This document shows positions 39,593 through 50,594 of a stretch of DNA of 64,000 bases, in pieces (position 1 is the first letter of the stretch; each line of letters starts with the position of its first letter). The notes beneath the pieces were generated by a model, which saw nothing but the letters and a program-made list of their open reading frames with translations, searched no databases and had not been told where the DNA came from. Origin of the DNA: Octopus sinensis (Eukaryota); assembly GCF_006345805.1 (NCBI RefSeq), contig NC_043013.1:18104001-18168000 (forward strand), read 5' to 3'. A program made the translations under genes and the position numbers.

Positions 39593-39836
39593 CCTCCATT
39601 CTCTTGTTATATTATCCCTGTATTAATCTTATGCAAAGGTGTTCCACATATGTATCCAGCCCTGGACTATACCCTACTGTAGGATAACGTGGTAGCCAAA
39701 TAAAGACATAAGGACTCTTAAATGCATGTTATGAGGTTTTCACCTGAATTATACTGAATACATATATATATACACACACATTATATAATATATATATATA
39801 TATATATAGTATATAATATATATATATATATATATA

Positions 39837-40138
39837 TGAAAGAATGGAGTTGAACGACTAGTTAACAAATGTCCTTTATTCTCGACATATGTTTCGAAGG
39901 CTGCATATTCCTAATTCCGAAGGAATAAGGAGTACATTATGCAGATTTCTCATCAGGAAAATCAAGGAACTTATGTCGACATCAAAATGCACAAAAACCT
40001 TTTAGCTGACCGCTCTCAAGGAGTCCATGGCGATAATGAGTGTCTCTTTATAATGAGTGACGTCAGAGTGGCTGACGATACCCAGGTATCGGTTATCTTT
40101 CGATGATGATCCTTAATAAGATAATTCATTCAATTACT

Positions 40139-40142
<4 letters not shown>
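39837..40142 (-). mobile_element. CpG-rich non-coding element of about 305 bp in (TA)n; Penelope pLTR-like or retrozyme candidate
   Basis: (TA)n on both sides; contains a hammerhead followed by AATAAA on the minus strand. Confidence 0.65.
39871..39969 (-). ncRNA. Type I hammerhead ribozyme
   Basis: Core CUGAUGA (39956-39950) and GAAA (39895-39892). Stem I UCCUU-G-AUUUUC / GAGAAU-A-AAGGA. Stem II GAA/UUC plus CUGCAUA/UAUGCAG, capped by AUUCC-UUC-GGAAU. Stem III palindrome ACAUAUGU. GUC triplet, predicted cut between 39884 and 39883. Confidence 0.88.
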
Positions 40143-40191
<49 letters not shown>

Positions 40192-40669
40192 CATATACAT
40201 AAGGCACTGTGAAGTGCAACATACAACCAAAGATCAAGATCGTAGTGGATTTTATGCTCTATTCTAGTACCCAGTGTAGCACAATGAGGGGCACCAACCT
40301 TGGGATAGGCTAGTGTGCAGAAAACAAGGCAAATAATAGAAACAGTAAACAGAAGACAGGTGTGGTAGTCAATGCTTTAAAGAACGTGCACACATTTCAG
40401 TAAAATGCAGTAATAATCATATAACAGTTGTAGAAACATTATGCAATCATGCACTCAACTTCACCACTGACTCAAAACACACACACACACACACACAACA
40501 ACAAGCTTATAGTATACAATGCTCAGGTGTACTGCAACAATATATATGTTTGTGTTTATCTATGTGTGTATTTGTTATACCAAAAGTTGACAATCTGCTC
40601 AGAATTTCATCCTAGGTTGTTCATGGTGGTGAAACTCAGAGCAGAGTGCCAACTTGAGATACAATATAC

Positions 40670-40810
40670 ACATCGTTAGGAAGGGCATCCAGCTGTAGAA
40701 ACTCTGCCAGATCAAGATTGAAGCCTGGTGCAGCCATCCGGTTCGCCAGCCCTCAGTCATTTGTCCAACCCATGCTAGCATGGAAAGCGGACGTTAAACA
40801 ATGATGACAT
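40670..40810 (+). mobile_element. 5'-truncated family C SINE
   Basis: RTE-type tail sequence. Confidence 0.75.
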
Positions 40811-41044
40811 CTCGCTACTGTACCCAACAAATTGTGTTCTACATCAGAAAGTGTTTGAACTATGTAAAAAATATTTTTGATATATTTCATAACTCTTACA
40901 ATCCAATGAGGCGTGAAGATGGTAATTGGAAAGAAGCAGGTTAGATGCAGCTGAATCAAAGAAAGCATACACAATACATTGGTAGGTATGAGGGGGAGGG
41001 GGAAAGAGAGAGAGGGAGAAAGGGAAGAAAATCTATCTTTCTCT

Positions 41045-41610
41045 CTCATCATCATCATCGTCGTCGTTTAACATCCGCTTTCCATGCTGGCATGAGTTGG
41101 ACGATTTCACTGAGGACTGGCGAGCCAGAAAGCGGCACCAGGATCCAATCCGATCTGGCAATATTTCTACAGCTGCATGCCCTTCCTAATGCCAACCATT
41201 CCGAGAGTGTAGTGGGTGATTTTACGTGCCACTGGCACGAGGGCCAGTCAGGTGGCACTGGCATCGACCACGCTCGAATGGTGCTTTTTAATGTGCCTCT
41301 GGCATGAGAGCCAGTCAGGCGGTACTGGTAACGATCATGCTTGAATGGTGCTTTTTACATGCTATCGGCATAGGACCAATCAGGCGGCACTGGCATCGAC
41401 CACGCTTGAATGGTGCTTTTTATGTGCCACCAGCACGGGTGCCAATTAGGCAGTAATGTCATCAGTCATGACTGTTTCACTTGCTTCAAAAGGTCTTCGC
41501 AAGTGTGGTTTATTGTCCAATGATTGAAGGGTACTCTTAAACGGGCTGATTATGCTGCACTGGCATAGGCCACGGTTATGGTCTCACTTGGCTTGTTGAG
41601 ATACAAACAC
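41045..41610 (-). mobile_element. Long family C SINE with three to four internal modules of about 66 bp
   Basis: GGTG(C/A)TTT at about 41215, 41280, 41347 and 41412. Confidence 0.8.
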
Positions 41611-42189
41611 ACACACACATATATATATATATACATATATACATTATTTATTCTACTGATTGTCACATTTGGATGTTCATTTTAAACAGTACCACATTTT
41701 GGTCTAATATTCTCTACAACATCAAATTTAGCCTAATCAATCTACAGACTATTATATTCTATTGAACATCAATTTGATAGATCACTAATGTGAACTTATT
41801 AAACTATTTGTCTGCTTCAAACAAATCTATTTCAAATCTTTATGTACTGTTTAATTTCCTCTGTGTTCTGATTCCATAACATGTATATAATCATGCACTG
41901 ATGCACATCACTTAGTGGAGAGTATATACTTGAAGTGAATATAAGTGTTAGGGTCGATGGGGGAATGAGTAGGACATGGTCCATCAGGCCAGTGAGAAAC
42001 CAAGGAAACTCGTAGCTGTTATTCAATTTCTGGCTGGTCAGCTCTGACTCAGCAGATCTATGATCAAAGGTATTCCAGCCATGGCTATCCAGTCTTCAAT
42101 TTTAGGCAGTGTGTCTAGGGTCATATTATCTTATTTACCTTTTGTTATTGTTTAACTTTAGGTTAGGTCCTATGGTACTCCATCTTTCA

Positions 42190-42860
42190 CCACCCAGGAA
42201 TGGCTGTGTGGTTAGAAGTTTGTTTCCCAGCCTCATGGTCCTAGGTTCAATCCCACTGAATAGCACCCCGAGCAAGTGTATTCTACTCCTGAGCAAATCC
42301 AAGTCTTGTGAGTGGATTTGGTTGACAGAAACCAAAAGAAGCCAGTTGTATTATTCTTAAACAAGAATCAAAGGTGTGGCTGTGTGGTAAGAAATTTGTT
42401 TCCCAACCACATGATTTGGGGTTCAGTCCCACTGCAGGATACCTTGGGCAAGTGCCTTTTACTATAGTCTCAGGCTAACCAAAGCCTTGCGAGTGGATTT
42501 GGTAGATGGAAACTGAAAGAAGTCTATATCATCATCATTATCGTCACTTAACATCTGCCTTCCATGCTGGCATGGGTTGGATGGTTTGACAGGAGTCAAC
42601 CAGGTAGAAGACTATACCAGACTTCTGTGTCTGTTTTGGCATGGTTTTTACAGCTGGATTCCTTTCTTAACACCAACCATCCTGCATATATATGTATGTA
42701 TCTTTGTGTCTGTGTTTGTCCTCCATTACCGCTTGACACCCGGTGCTGGTGTGTTTACGTCCCTGTAAATTAACAGTTTTGCAAAAGAGACCAATAGAAT
42801 TAGTACCAGGCTTTTAAAAGATAAGTACTGGGGTTGATATATTCCACTAAAAATTCTTCA
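42190..42860 (+). mobile_element. Two tandem family A heads; the second copy has an antisense family C fragment (about 42530-42680) in its centre
   Basis: Similarity to other copies in the window. Confidence 0.65.
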
Positions 42861-43069
42861 AGGCAGTGCACCAACATCATTTAATAAAAGCACATTACTT
42901 TCAGTATTTGAATACTATTTTTTTCCACCTACTTTTGCAGTTATGGTGCATGCTTGTATCATCATCATCATCAACCACCATCACCACCACCACCTAATGA
43001 TTCTGTAAACTCCCCACCATTATGACAATGGTACAATGTACTTTATGACAATTTTGGTAGTAGGCCAGA

Positions 43070-43260
43070 AAATTTCAGGGGTGGAGCTAAGTCGATTATA
43101 TCGACCCCAGTGCTCAACTGGTACTTATTTTATTGACCCCAAAAGGATGAAAGGCAAAGTCGATCCTGATGGAATTTGAACCCAGAACGTAAAAATGGAC
43201 AAAATGCTGCTACACATTTTGCTTGGTGCACTAATGATTCTGCCAACTTGCCACCCGCAC
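43070..43260 (-). mobile_element. Family B SINE
   Basis: Core and head motifs. Confidence 0.75.
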
Positions 43261-45589
43261 CACATTTATGATAATAATAATAATAGTAATAATAAATAAG
43301 TAAATTTTTTTTAAATGCCACCAAACTCTCCAGCAACAAAATTTTGCAGGTGGTTAGTAAACATTGTTAAAACAGTGCCAATAGCAACAGACAGAGTCAA
43401 GGTTGCCGGAGGAACAACTGTGAAGGAGATTTTATGAATGAATCAGTAAATGTTTGCCAACAACAACAAACTAGAAAGGTTAAAAAAAAAACCAAAAATG
43501 TTTCCTGATAACTTTCTCCGAATGAAGAAATCTTCCACCGGAGACACTTAGAGTGCGGGGGGGGGGGAGTAGGGGAGGAGAAGGAAGGGTTTTGGTGGAC
43601 TTAGTAAGTGGTAAAAGAAAATACCTACCTATCTATCTCTCAGTACACACCTACATACTTCAACACACACCTACCCACCTCAGCATATTCACACCTCATT
43701 ATGCACCTGCCTACCTCACTACACATCTAGCTATCTGAACACACACCTATATGCTTCACTGCACATAGCTACATACCTATCACAACACCCATGCACCCAC
43801 CCCATCATACACCTACTCACCCACCCATCTGCTCACCTCACCACACACCTACCTTTTCTTCTCATTACACCTTAGTTAGGACTAAAACCGACTTCTACAA
43901 TAATTACCATTTTCTGCTTTAAATGAATTTGCTGTGATTGAAGGTTAGAATGAATTTTATGGTCTTAATGGTGGATTGTTGGCATTATTTGGTGTGTGTG
44001 TCTGTGTGTGTGTGTGTGTGTGGATGGATAAGCACTATCCCATTGTGTGAATGCATGAATAAGTGCCACCCCGTTGTAAAATGTAGGCTCAGGGGTAAAA
44101 ACAATCACAAGACTATGGGGTTTGGCCTTTATAGCAACTTTGAGGGGTTTTCATTCCATGCATGATTGAAATTTTGGTAGTAAAAGTCAACTTAGGTGAA
44201 CTCAGGTCTAAGGCAAGGCTTGTGTTTACTGTAGTTCTAAGGTAAGGTACAAGTATTTATTGTAGCTCAAAGGAAAAGCTCAGGTGTTTACTGCAGCTTT
44301 AAGGTAAGGAGGTAGGATTATAGGTGAACTAAAACAAGTTGGAAATCTCCAATCTAGAGACAGAGCTTCACAAGAAGTTGTCTTAGATTTTGTGGTAATC
44401 CTTTTCTTTCATTTCAGGTGAGAAAGCTTGAAGAAATCATTTTGTTATGATATTTCTGTCTGGTATTTATAGCACAACTACAAAGTACACATATTCCATC
44501 AGCAGCCTGAAACTGGGTTTGTAGATGAGACAGCAAAAAGAATTTCTTCAACTTTCAATTGAAAGTGTTAAAAAGAAAAAAAGAAAAAAAAAAGATTAAA
44601 AAAAAAAAGAAAAATGGTAAAAAAGATAAAGGCATTCTCTAATTAGAGTGAAGAATTGTAGCCATAAACGTGTTTTTATACCAGAAAGTAGTCTATGGAG
44701 TAGAAGGTGTGCCAAAAATTTTCAAGAATTGAATTAGTTGTGGAAATGAAAATAGTTTTATTATTTTTGGATGCAATCAGATACAAGTTACAAGTTGGAA
44801 CTTCATTCTAAGGTTCCAGTTCATGTTGCAGGGTAGTAAGAAAACAAGAAAAACAAAACAACCCTCGAATGAGAGTGAAAACTGGAGAATTTGTAGAATT
44901 TGGCAAGAGGTGCTTTACGAGTGCGGGAGAGAAAAAGGAAGGTGGTTGAAAGAAGTACTTTGGAAATCTACCAAAATCAAATCGAAGAATTTTGTCTTTG
45001 ATAAAGATTCCCCATTTCCATGATGCTGTTGTTGATATTAGTGTTTAGTTTCCTGACCAGCAATTATTGAGTGGATCTAGATATAATTAAAGGTATATTA
45101 TCAAAGATCTTCCTCTTGTCTTTGTCATTTGGAGTGTCTAGAACTGATGAAGAAACAATGAAGCGCAGATATTCCTCGGAAAAGACATAATACACCAAAC
45201 AATAAAATGACCAGCATAAGATACCGAAAGAGGAAAAGCTAGGCCTTTATAAGACAGTAAAGAGAGATTTGAAGAAAATTTAGCTGCTATGCCTAGCATA
45301 TTGGTTAACCACAAGGAGGTTTCACTGTGGTCTTGTCATTAACATTGTTGATTAGCTTATTGTCCAGCAAGATAGCAAAGATTAGAGAAAGATAGTGAGG
45401 CTGGGAAAATGAAAATGAGGTCAGAGGTCGGGGAGTACAGTCATCCCTTGGTGCAGGGGTGAAAGGGCACAAATTTGATCTAAATTATCATACTTTTTAT
45501 TTAGAGGGGTGGGTGGGACATTAAAAATGTCTTTGAGCCCCTCTTGTACACAGCACATATCTACATGCTTCCACTCAAGCATTTCAACA

Positions 45590-45633
<44 letters not shown>

Positions 45634-45977
45634 AACAAACAAACAAATATTGAGTGTCTTCTATAATTGTCTCTTTTTCTAAACCAAAATATTCAGAATT
45701 AGGAAAAACATTTTAATTTATTCAGCAAATTAACTTTCAAATCCCTCCAACATGCATACAAACATACACATACACGCACACAGTAATATACATACACTCT
45801 CACATATACACATGTCAACATACAATTACATGAACACCAACACACATTTTTTAAAGAAAAAAATGGAAATAAATCTTTGTGAAAGACTCAAGTATGGAAG
45901 GAGTAGTGGTGTTATTTCTGAGTGTGTACATGGGTGGGGGAGAGAGAAAGAGAGAAGCATGTGGGTATGTATGTGTA

Positions 45978-46037
<60 letters not shown>

Positions 46038-46065
46038 CTGAAATATATATAGTATATAGCCATCA

Positions 46066-46158
46066 AGGTTGATCTTACCAATTGGTTTCGTGCAAGGAAT
46101 ACAATGGAGTATTAGGTAACAATCTAATTATATAACCTTATGCTCATCAGAGTTAGCT
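46066..46158 (-). ncRNA. Partly decayed type I hammerhead ribozyme
   Basis: CUGAUGA (46150-46144), G...C closing pair, GAAA (46089-46086), palindromic stem III ACCAAUUGGU and GUA triplet (cut 46076/46075). Stems I and II are imperfect. Confidence 0.65.
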
Positions 46159-46852
46159 TATATGGAAGGGAATATGGCAACTGCTCTCGATTGTGTATGT
46201 ATATACACTCACACACACACACACATCGTAGAAGGACCTTTTCTAGGTCCCTCCTGCCAGCAAGTGAGCAGGGCTATCCCTGAAAATGGTTGCTAAGTCA
46301 CTCACAGTGCTTCTGCCGAATCCCTCCATTGCTACATCTGAAGATGATGCAACCAATGGCCCAAGTTGTTAGGCCTGTATGCTTCTCTATGCTCCCATCG
46401 CTGTAGGACTTTTACTGTATGTCCAGGTACCATTCTGAGAACGCAAAAAGCTCTTGTCTGTGAATCTGCTTTGAATGGATGTTTCGGCAGAATCAGCAAT
46501 AACACCAGTGGCACAACAGAGGTGGAAATGACCAGAAGACCAACTTTTCCTCATGTTTTTATACAAGTTTACTTTCTCCTACAAGTAAATTCTAATGAGA
46601 ACTAGGGGTCCTTCAGAGTCACACATACTCATCTGTTGGATGGCTGAAGATTCTATAGAGTTCATCCATCCTTAAACTGGTTTCGTTTTACCTCCTGTAG
46701 GGTGTCTAATGAAAACCAAGTTTCTTACCAAGCAGACTCCGTAGTATTGCCAGTTCAGTTGTTAATGGCCTGACCAGACAACAGGTTGTCTTGGGTTAAA
46801 TGTTACCAGTAGTACTAAGAGTGAACTTTCTCTCTCTCTCACACACACACAT

Positions 46853-46913
<61 letters not shown>

Positions 46914-47377
46914 CTTAGATATACATACATGTACATAGATATGCATACATGCAAATATATTGTCATCAACTGATGTCCATGTTCAATGCTAGCATGAATT
47001 AGACACACACACACATCGTGTCATATATATATATATATATGCATACACATATATACATAGACACATGTACACACATACATACATACATACATACATGTGT
47101 ATACACACATATCTAGATAGAGAATGCTCCTTGTGTGATATAAGAATTACTTGACATAAAACCTTATCTGTTAACACTGAACACTTTATAAGACAAGTGT
47201 CACTCTAAATTTATAAAAAAAAAAAGAATCTTTATTCCCTTAGCAAAATATTTTAACACCAGACCAATACCAAAATGGAAGTCTCATCTTGTCTTCCTCA
47301 ACAGATAAACATTTGTCCTAGACATAAACTGGTGAATAAACAAAACAGTTATTATTAATATTGTTGTTGTTATTAAT

Positions 47378-47580
47378 AAAGTGGTGAGCTGGCAGAATCA
47401 TTATCGCACCAGGCAAAATGCTAAGCAATATTTCGTCTTAACAGTCTGAGTTCATATGCCGCTGGAGTTGACTTTGCTTTTCATCCTTTCAGGGTCGATA
47501 AGTACCATTTGAGTAATGGGGCTGATGTAATTGACTTATCCCTTGCCCCGAAATAGCTGGCCTTGTGCCAAAAATTTGAA
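47378..47580 (+). mobile_element. Family B SINE (further decayed copies at about 48000-48180 and 48215-48331)
   Basis: Head, core and tail motifs. Confidence 0.75.
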
Positions 47581-47599
47581 ATCATTACCATTATTAGTA

Positions 47600-47990
47600 A
47601 TCGAGGAGACCTATTGAGTCAAGTACATCAACATCAAAATAAAAATTCAAATGGAAATTGTAGTTAAGACACCCATGCAGGTGACACGTAAAAAGCACTG
47701 TCCGAACGTGGCAGATGCCAGCGCCGCCTGACTGGCGTCCATGTTGGTGACATGTAAAAGCACCAACCGATTGTGGCCGTTTGCCAGCCTACTCTGGCCC
47801 CTGTGCCGGTGGCACATAAAAAACGCCCACTACACTCACTGAGTGGTTGGCGTTAGGAAGGGCATCCAGCTGTAGAAACACTGCCAGATCAGACTGGAGC
47901 CTGGTGTAGCCTCCATGGCTTCCAGACCCCGGTCAAACTGTCCAACCCATGCTAACATGGAAAGCGGATGTTAAATGATGATGATGATAA
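47600..47990 (+). mobile_element. Family C SINE
   Basis: Three GGCACRTAAAAAGCAC-type modules plus tail. Confidence 0.8.
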
Positions 47991-48331
47991 TGTGACAAAC
48001 TGGTATAAGTGTTAGCACACCAGACAACATGCTTAGCGGCATTTGATTCATCTTTATGTTCAGAGTTCAAATTTCACTGAGATCATCTTAGCCTTGCCTC
48101 CTTTCAGAGTCAAGGAGATAAGTATCAGGTGAGCACCAGGAGTTGATGTATTCAACTATCCCCACCCCTCCACCAAAATTCTATGCCTTGTGCCACCTAT
48201 AGCAGAAAGGAGAGGAAGCAAGCTGGCAGAATCATTTGCATGCTAGACAAAATGCTTTTGTGGCATTCGTCTGTCTTTATGTTCCGAGTTCAAACACCAC
48301 TGAGGTCAACATTGCCTTTCATCCTTTAGGG

Positions 48332-50594
48332 CAGTAGTCACCAAACTACAGCCTATGGGGCAGAACTGGTCCACAAGGTCAGTTCATCCAGCATGCCACC
48401 ACACTCCACCTTTTGCGTAAGTACTTGCATTGAGAGTTCATTCTTGCAGCAATCATGTTTTAACTTGCACTGCCATGTTTAAACATTCTCTTCACAAGAA
48501 TGTTTACTGAAAATGAATCTGTCACTTGTGCAAGTTACAAAATAGTGCATAAGATGGCAGAGCGAGGAAAGCTGTTTACTGATGGCAACTTCATCAAAGA
48601 CTGTATGATGGAAGTAGCAAATGTCTAAAGTTGATTTGTTTGGAAGTATCAGCCTTTCAGCACATTCAGTTGTGCGGAGAACAGAAGACCTTGGAGAGAA
48701 CACAGTGCTACAGATACACAAGAAAGCGAGGAACTTCTTGTGGTATTCTCTGGACACTGGATGAGTATACTGATCTCTCAGGTACATTATGACTTCTCAT
48801 GTTCATTTGTGGTTTTAATTTGGACTTTCAGATCACAGAAGAGTTGGCATCCGTTTGCAGCATGCACGGAACAACAACTAGAGAAGACATCTTCAGCCAA
48901 GTGCAGAAAACTTTGTAAGGCTATAACCGTCAGTGGAATCAGCTTTGATTACAGTGGAATCAGCTTTGATTACAGTGGAATCAGTAAATGGAGGAAAAAA
49001 CACGGTTGGAGTGAGGAAGGGTCTGGTGGGGCAGAACAGGACTAAGTCTGAAGATTTTCAAGTCCTGGGCGCTCTGTTTACATACTGCATTATACATCAG
49101 CAAGCACTCTGTGGGGAAAGATTTAGATATTTCTTGTGTACTGAAAGCAGTTGTTTCTGCAGTGAATTTTATTTGGAGCCAAGCCATTAATCACTGCCAG
49201 TTCCAGGCATTTCCTGAAAAAATTGATTCTGAATTCTGTGACTTGCTTTATCACACAGGAGTGAGGTGACTCAGCTGCAGTAAAGTCCTGTTTCATTTTT
49301 ATAAACTCCAAAGAGAAATAGATATTTTTCTCACCGTAAAGGATAGAGCTGACGCATTTCTGTCAGATTCTACCTGGCTGTTAGAGTTGTCCTTTTTTGG
49401 TTGACACCACATCCCTCATGAATGAATTGAATTTGAAACTTCAGGGAACGGATAACCTTATCTGTGATCTCTACAGAATCATCAAAGGATTTTGGATAAA
49501 GTTATCATTGTTTGAAGCACAACTGGAAGGAGAAAACTTCTCTCAATTTCAGTGTTTCAAGGAATTTCACACTGAAATTGCTGATGTTGTAGCGTGTAGC
49601 CATTTTCAAATAGTAGTGCCAATTTGTGGTAGCTGGCAATATGACGTAATGTCGTATTGCCGAAGAAATATGATTATCGTTTTCCCATTGGTTGATATAA
49701 CTGCTCATATAGGAATTCTAAGAATTAGTTAAAGAATATTTTTATGTGATTTTGATTCTTTAAAGTCAAGTTGAGCAGTTAAAGAAACTCTGGATTTTGG
49801 GAAAAACTTTAGTGTTTGTGGGATGTAACTAAACTCCACGACACTCCTTTGAAACATTGGTTATTTCTTTTATGCCGTGTCTATGAAAAATCCAACAATG
49901 TCAACCATGAGTTTCTGAAGATTATTATTTGTGACTTAAATGAACATGTTTTGGAGAGATTTTCAGATCTCGACAGAACTGAGAGTAACATTCTTCTGTT
50001 CCAGAATCCGTTCAACTGTAACCTTGGTGACATGCCAGTTGAACCACAGTTGGTGCTCATTGATTTGCAAGCAAATGACTTGTTGAAAGAGAAGCATAGA
50101 CGAGGAAAACGAGTTGAATTTTATCACTGCTTACCTGATAAGTTTTCAAAGTTTAAGAAACTTGTCTCTGCTATGGCATCAGTGTTTGGAACAACTTATG
50201 TCAGTGAGCAAACATTTTCAAAAATGAAGAATGCAAAGTCAGCGAATCGAACAAGGTTGATTTATGAACATTTGAAAGCAATTCTCTTGGTTGGATGCAG
50301 CAATTCCAAAGCAAATATTGATGATATCTTAAAAGCTAAACACCAGTTTCACAAATCTCATGAACCTGTTTTTGCTGCTTAGTTTGTGAGATTCAAATAT
50401 GTGTGCACCGGGTGTGATATGATTATCTTATTGCTAATGTTGCCTTATTTGATAACTTTTTGGTAAATAAATATGTTGGTTGTCTTTAGTTTTAGCGTAT
50501 TCACTGTACATTATTGAACAAAATGATTATGGGACCCACGCTCGTCACAATCTCAATTATCTGGCCCACTGTGAAAAAGCCTGGTGACCCCCTG
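48332..50594 (+). mobile_element. Decayed hAT (Charlie/GTF2IRD2-like) DNA transposon
   Basis: Ends CAGTAGTCACCA / TGGTGACCCCCTG; 8-bp TSD CTTTAGGG / CTCTAAGG (6/8). Transposase remnants include LFTDGNFIKDCMMEVA, YCIIHQQALC and the hATC region VFGTTYVSEQTFSKMK (ORF 49816-50382). Confidence 0.88.
49588..49897. mobile_element. 310-bp solo LTR inserted in the hAT transposase
   Basis: TGT...ACA termini, 4-bp TSD ATGT (49584-49587, 49898-49901); removing it restores the frame TEIADV/NHEFLKI. Confidence 0.8.

Noticed and set aside
41210-41445. Repeat-spacer appearance resembling CRISPR
   Set aside because: Eukaryotic SINE-internal tandem modules; spacers are homologous to each other and there are no cas genes.
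44400-45030. Acceptor-like TTTCAG at about 44418 and ORF 44823-45023
   Set aside because: All frames close shortly after the acceptor; the ORF has no recognisable homology.
46250-46790. Non-repetitive segment suspected to be a LINE remnant
   Set aside because: No motif could be recognised in six frames; left unannotated.
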